Shown: piece after piece, positions 57,515-64,000 of the stretch | Layout of the letters: each line of letters opens with the position of its first letter | How positions within the stretch are numbered: the first letter of the stretch is position 1 | DNA from: Octopus vulgaris | Lineage: Eukaryota | Length of the DNA stretch: 64,000 nucleotides | Reading direction: 5' to 3' | Assembly (NCBI GenBank): GCA_951406725.2 | Contig: OX597838.1 | Coordinates: forward strand, 24,242,001-24,306,000 | Notes under the pieces: generated by a model | The model's database searches: none | What the model saw: only the letters and a program-made list of their open reading frames with translations | Told to the model about the DNA's origin: nothing | Position numbers and translations under genes: made by a program

Positions 57515-58575
57515 AAGGTGCCACATAAAAAGAGCGTTGGTGTGAGTGCAGGTGCCATGTATAAAGCACTGGTGCTGATGCCACATAAAAAGCACTGCTT
57601 ATGGTGCCATGTAAAAGCATTGGTAATAGTACCATGTAAAAAGCACTGGTAATAGTGCCATGTATAAAGCATTGGTAATAGTGCCACATAAAAAGCACTG
57701 GTAATAGTGCCACATAAAAAGCACTGGTAATAGTGCCATGTATAAAGCATTGGTGCTGATGCCACATAAAAAGCACTGCTTATGGTGCCATGTAAAAGCA
57801 TTGGTAATAGTACCATGTAAAAAGCACTGGTAATAGTGCCATGTATAAAGCATTGGTAATAGTGCCACATAAAAAGCACTGGTAATAGTGCCACATAAAA
57901 AGCACTGGTAATAGTGCCATGTATAAAGCACTGGTGCTGATGCCACATAAAAAGCACTGCTTATGGTGCCATGTAAAAGCATTGGTAATAGTACCATGTA
58001 AAAAGCACTGGTAATAGTGCCATGTATAAAGCATTGGTAATAGTGCCACATAAAAAGCACTGGTAATAGTGCCACATAAAAAGCACTGGTAATAGTGCCA
58101 TGTATAAAGCATTGGTAATAGTGCCACATAAAAAGCACTGGTAATAGTGCCACATAAAAAGCACTGGTAATAGTGCCACATAAAAAGCACTGGTAATAGT
58201 GCCATGTATAAAGCATTGGTAATAGTGCCACATAAAAAGCACTGGTAATAGTGCCACATAAAAAGCACTGGTAATAGTGCCACATAAAAAGCACTGGTAA
58301 TAGTGCCATGTATAAAGCATTGGTAATAGTGCCACATAAAAAGCACTGGTAATAGTGCCACATAAAAAGCACTGGTAATAGTGCCACATAAAAAGCACTG
58401 GTAATAGTGCCATGTATAAAGCACTGGTGCCACATAAAAAGCACTGGTAATGGTGCTACATAAAAAGCACTGGTAATGGTGCCACATAAAAAGCACTGGT
58501 GATGGTGCCACGTAAAAAGCAGTGGTATTGGTGTCATGTAAAAAATACTGGTGATGGTGCCACATAAAAAGCACC
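57515..58575 (+). repeat. 26-bp minisatellite (about 40 units) with a 181-bp higher-order period
   Basis: Units GTGCCACATAAAAAGCACTGGTAATA and GTGCCATGTATAAAGCATTGGTAATA; the block GCACTGCTTATGGTGCC recurs every 181 bp (matching ORF ends 57599, 57780, 57961). Confidence 0.95.
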
Positions 58576-60343
58576 CAGTGCACTCTGTAAAGTGGTTGAC
58601 ATTAGGAAGGGCCATCAAGCTGTAGAAACCAAGCTAAAGCAGACTAAGGAACCTGGTGTGGCCCTGGCCTTGCCAGTTCCTGTCAAGCCATTCCATCCAT
58701 GCCAGCTCCAAAAACACATGGTAAATGTTGAGGATGGTGATTCATGTAATAATGATGATAATAATTCTTTCTGCTAGAGGCACAATGCCTGTAATTCAGC
58801 GGTAGGGGAGCTAGTCGACTACATTGACCCCTGCCCTCTCTCCCTAAGTGCACAACTGGTACCTATTTTAACATCCCAGAAAGAATGAACGGTAAAGTCA
58901 ACCGCTGCAGAATTTGAACTCAGAAACACAAAGATGAAAGAGATACCACCAAGTGTTTTACCTGATGAACTAACAATGCTATCAGTTCACCTCCTTAATT
59001 ATAATTATAACTGGCAGTATCGCTCGGGTTTGTAAGGGAAATAACTATATAAGCATTTTTAGAGATGTAAAGTATAATAGCCATCTCAATATGGCTAACC
59101 ACAAAGGGGGGGGGGTGTTACTGTAGCTTTTAACGTTCTGAGATTTAATAATAAATTTTTAGAGAGTTACTTCCCTTATATATGCCAAAAATGCATTAAA
59201 AATGGGAAAAAATGATGGTAAATTTTTTTTTAAATCGTAGACTCATCATAGATGCGCGCTAATACCCAGAAGGGCTCGATATGAATCACGACTATAAGAT
59301 ACCCGGTTTTGGTTAAACTGCACCGCAAAATGTGGGAGTAGTTAGGAATCTAAATCGAAGGGGACAGACACCACACAACCTCAATTTTATATATAAAGAT
59401 AATGACAACAGAAATCAGGGTTAAGACCCCAAACTCTGAAATATTTCAAAAACCTACATAAAACATGTAATGGGGCCAAGAAACAACCAAGATAACGAAT
59501 TCCACTGTGACATGAAATAATTAGTCGATTTATTATAACGAATAAAAAGCACGTGTTTCGTTTGTTGAAATTACTGTGTAGTTAAGAAGTTCACTTAGTA
59601 ACTATATGGTTTCAGGTTCAATCCCACTGCATGGCACTTTCAGCGAATGTTTTCTAATATAGCCCTCAATGGACCAATGTCTTCTGAGTGAATATGGTTG
59701 ATGGAAACTGTGAGGAAGCCCATCATGTATATATATGTATATAAGGTATATTTTTTATTCATTTATTTGTTTCAGTCATTTGACTGCGGCCATGCTGGAG
59801 CACCGCCTTTAGTTGAACAAATTGACGCCCAGGACTTATTCTTTGTAAGCCTAGTAACTTATTCTATCGATCTCTTTTGCCAAACCACTAAGTTACAGGG
59901 ACATAAACACACCAATATCGGTTATCAAACGGATGAAGGTGGCGAGCTAGCAGAAATGTTAGCACACCAGGCAAAATGCTTAGTGGTATTTTGTCTGTCT
60001 TTACATTCTGACTTCAAATTCCGCCGAGGTCAACTTTACCTTTCGTCCTTTCGGGGTCAGTTAAATAAGTATCAGTTACGCACTGGGGTCGATATAATCA
60101 ACTTAATCCAATTGTCTGTCCTTGTTTGTCCTTTCTGTGTGTAGCCCCTTGTAGACAGTAAAGAAATAAGAAACGTTAGGCATAAGAGTGGCTGTGTGGT
60201 AAGTAGCTTGTTTATGAACCACATGGTTCCTGGTTCAGTCCCACTGTGTGGCACCTTGGGCAAGTGTCTTCTACTATAGCCTCAGGCCGACCAAAGCCTT
60301 GTGAGTAGATTTGGTAGACGGAAACCGAAAGAAGCCCATCGTA

Positions 60344-60388
<45 letters not shown>

Positions 60389-61084
60389 CTGTTTGTTCCC
60401 CCAACATCGCATGACAACCAATGCTGGTGTGTTTACATCCCCGTAACCTAGCGGTTCAGCAAAAGAGACCAATAGAATAAATAGTAGGCTTGCAAAGAAT
60501 AAGTCCTGGGGTTGATTTGCTCGACTAAAGGTGGTGCTCCAGCATGGCCACAATCAAATGACTGAAACAAGTAAAAGAGTTAGCACACCAGGCAAAATGC
60601 TTAGTGGTATTTCGTCTGTCTTAACGTTCTATGTTCAAATTCCACCAAGGTCGACTTTGCCTTTCGTCCTTTCAGGGTCGATAAATTAAGTACCAGTTGC
60701 ATACTGGGGTCAATCTAATTGACTGGCCCCCCACCTCCCCAAAAATTCCAGGCCCTGTGCCTACAGTAGAAAAAAATATTAAAACAGATGAGGGAAGGTG
60801 TTTGAATTGTCGCAGGTACAGTTTATTTAATGGCATAGGGATGAATGTTAAGAAAGATAACGCAAACTGAGTTTATTAACGAAAGCTAATTCATAAACGC
60901 ATATACATTTAAAATGAATATTCAATGAAATCTGATGCATAAATTTTACGTGTTTGCATTTAGATTATAATTCCAGACAGAACAAATGGTGGGGGGAAAG
61001 GGGAGAAAGAGGTTGTATCAAAGAGTTTCAGACTAGTTAAGATGAATTTGATCAGAGAAAATGCTTAAATAATCTTGACTATTA

Positions 61085-61605
61085 ATTCTGCCTTGAAGGG
61101 AAACCACTGGGCCAGCAGACTTCCAAGATATAGCCCCACCAGCGCATCAAAGATCCTCCCCATGTTTAACAGTTGGAAGAAAGCAGTCTCAGTCAAATGC
61201 TTTTGGCTGTCTGCACACATATACTCAGCCGGTTGACAGAAATAAGGTAAAGGATGACTTGTCCGAGAAAATAACAGTCTTCCATTGCTCTAGGGACCAA
61301 TTCTGTAGGTTTTTAATCCACTCTAAACACTTTGTAACATTTGTTTTTGAAAGTAGTGATTTTCTGATTGCAGCCCTCCCGTGAAATCCGACTTTGTGCA
61401 GCTCCTGGTGAACAGTTTTTGTGGAAACTGGGTTCTCGAGGTGGTCATTAAACTCTGCAGTAATTTTGGGAGCTATACTTTTGTGATCCTTTCAAACGAT
61501 TCGTGTAAGAGTCCGAGAGTCCCTATCTGAAAGTTTTGGTTTTCTTCCAGAGTTTTGTTTTGACAAGGAGGTTTTTCCCTCTTTCCCAAAGGCTGTCATT
61601 ACTTT
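61085..61605 (-). pseudogene. Degenerate Tc1 transposase fragment of a second family
   Basis: Manual translation: NSGRKPKLSDRDSRTLTRIV*..VSTKTVHQELHKVGFHGRAAIRKSLLS..WKTVIFSDKSSFTLF..PTVKHGGGS. Contains stops; absent from the ORF track. Confidence 0.85.
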
Positions 61606-62614
61606 TTATGGTAACAAAAGACTGATGATCATGATGATGGTGACGATGAAGAAGATGATGACGACGACAACGATTACACTGATGACTACAATGATGATGA
61701 TGATGAGGACGATGACAATTATGATAGTGATGATGACAATGATGCCGACACTACAATATACATGTAGACACTGGGACCCTGCCCTGCTCACCTACCTATG
61801 CATGAAAACATACACACACACATGCGCATACATGCACACACACACATCCACAGATGCTAGTAATCTTGTATTGACACTAAGGTCAAATCATCCAATTTAT
61901 TTCCTCTTATAAGATTCTTCAGCTTATCAGCTCCCCTTCTCTCTCTCTCTCTCTATCTCTTTCTGTTTGTCTGTGTCTTTCTCTTTCTCACACTCACTAT
62001 TTCCTCTCCTACTCCACTTCTGTTTGTCAATAATTCTGCCTGCCTACTTATATCTTATTGTACCCTTTTCTCTCTTACTCTCTCTCTCTCTCTCTCTCTC
62101 TGCTATTTGTTTGAGTACCTATCTCCCTGCTAGTTGTCTATGAGCCTCTTTCCCTCTTCCTCTCTCTCTCTCTCTCTCTGCAGTTTCTCTCTCCACCTCC
62201 ATCCTCTCTGTCTCCCCTTCTCCCTCCTCTCTCAATTTGATAACATATCTTCAACGACAAATTTGATAATTTTTTTTGACATAACAGCAAGCTTTGGTGA
62301 AAACTGCTCTGTGGAATTTCCTCTGACTACTTCCCATCATCATCATCATCATCATCATCGTTTAACGTATGTTTTCCATGCTGGCATGGGTTGGCTGGTT
62401 CGACTAGGGTCTGGGAAGCCAGAAAGCTGCACGAGGCCCCAATCTGATCTGGCAGTGTTTCTACAGCTGGATGCCCTTCCTAATGCCAACCACTCCGAGA
62501 GTGTAGTGAGTGCATATTATGTGCCACCGGCACAGGCCAGAGGAGCTGAGTTCAAATCTAGTCAATGTCAATTTTGCCTTTAAATCCCTTTGGGGTTCAT
62601 AAAATAAAGCACAC

Positions 62615-63050
62615 AGTGTATTCAAAAAGTATCTGACTTTATTTTTTTCCAGCCAAAACTAATACTGCATAGGTAAAATTCTTTCAGTGGGAGGTGATGC
62701 CAGCCTTCCTGTGCAAGGGTGAAATTTTTCGTGCCAATAGGCTGCTCCAGTTCCCTGCTGTTAATCCTAGAGTACAGACGTGCAGTACATGCTTTTTGGA
62801 TTTTCGTTTTCATGCAAAATGACCAAATGCATTGAGCAGTGGCCATTCAGCTGTAATGATGGCCTTCATGAAGCCTGGGCTGTGGTTTGCACATCCAAGT
62901 GTGTCCTGAGCACTTTCCATGCAGGGCTGTTCCTGCTGCTTTTCCGGTGCTTTGGGGATGAATTTCGCCAAGACCCTCAGCATGCTCAAAACCTCCATTA
63001 AAATGGAATGCGCTCAGACTGTTGATGCAAGCAACTCTCCAGGAGTTGGT
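62615..63050. mobile_element. Rearranged mariner remnant
   Basis: Minus-strand HSILMEVLSMLRVLAKFIPK..FMKAIITAE resembles the mariner linker to IITGDE; the plus-strand part resembles a 5' end. Confidence 0.65.
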
Positions 63051-64000
63051 CATTGTTGTTGTGACATATTTTCATGAGGTGGTGGTGGTGGTTGTTGTTA
63101 AGCAACAAGACGGATAAGGGTGATTAGGTGATGGTCTAGGGCTTAGGGGCAGGAGACCCCAGCCCTTGGAAAAAAACTTTAGTCGTCTTGTTGTAGTTGA
63201 GGGCTCTTCATTGACACCCAACACCACTGGGAGGTGGCCCTCGAAGTCGCTGGAAATGGAGATCTCCAGGTCCCAATTCTTGAACGGCAGGTGCTGGTGG
63301 TGCTGATGGTGGTGGAAGATGGCGTTGGTCATAATTATCAAAATGTATTCATAGGAGCCATCAGTGGCGACTATGACCAACACCGTAACAGATGTCACCA
63401 ACACTATCTTTCACCACCACACGAAAATACATCACAACGACCACGAGCAAAAGTTGAAGAGTAGTTGCTGCTGGTAACCCAAATGCTGAACAGTTTAAAA
63501 TAAAATAACAAAACCAGTGCAAATACACATTCCTTGGACTGCTTCTTTCTGATGATAGGTTTTTGCCCCTGAAATATAAAAGTTTTTTTCTGCATTGTTA
63601 GAAATTTTCTTTTTCCTTTTTTCTTGTTTCTTTCATTTTTTATTTCTGTACTACAATGCTTCAAGCAAACTACGATACTCTTATCTATGATGATGATAGG
63701 AGTGGCTGTGTGGTAAGTAGCTTGTTTACCAACCACATGGTTCTGGGTTCAGTCCCACTGCATGGCACCTTGGGCAAGTGCCTTCTACTATAGCCTCGGG
63801 CCGACCAAAGCCTTGTGAGTGGATTTGGTAGACGGAAACTGAAAGAAGCCCATCGTATATATGTATATATATATGTATGTGCGCTTGTGTGTTTGTCCCA
63901 TCCAACATCACTTGACAACCGATGCTGGTGTGTTTATGTCCCTGTCACTTAGCAGTTCGGCAAAAGAACCGATAGAATAAGTACTGGGCTTACGAAGAAT

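Noticed and set aside
57424-58618. Long overlapping ORFs up to 339 aa, and a superficial CRISPR-like periodicity
   Set aside because: 26-bp tandem repeat without unique spacers, in eukaryotic context with no cas genes; open in all three minus frames because the unit lacks stops.

Overview
Eukaryotic, AT-rich, repeat-dense animal DNA. The SINE families and microsatellite load suggest an Octopus species, but that is an inference. Two intron-rich genes lie head-to-head across about 0.8 kb. On the minus strand is a 14-exon WDR76/Cmr1-type WD40 gene (CDS 21179->2079, 541 aa by manual splicing, all GT-AG and phase-consistent). On the plus strand is a 9-exon gene encoding about 9 ankyrin repeats (21974->54469, about 403 aa; the last exons are less certain). 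The shared promoter carries CRE, ETS and RFX X-box-like motifs. The introns hold a full-length but disabled IR/DR Tc1 (DD34E) transposon, other Tc1/mariner remnants and MITEs, non-autonomous Helitrons, RTE/CR1/R4-type LINE fragments, several tRNA-derived SINE families and long microsatellites. Nearly all ORFs in the supplied track are repeat artefacts. The most interesting hidden structure is: (1) at least five type-I hammerhead-ribozyme-like motifs from four unrelated sequence families, probably Penelope-like remnants, all in or just after the ankyrin gene; (2) a SINE/LINE pair sharing a 3' tail whose stem-loop shows compensatory base changes; (3) an RTE 3'UTR motif that has expanded independently into 26-bp minisatellites, one with a 181-bp higher-order repeat; (4) repeated retro-insertion into one SINE motif and into specific microsatellites. 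All calls were made by eye; no searches or folding were run.
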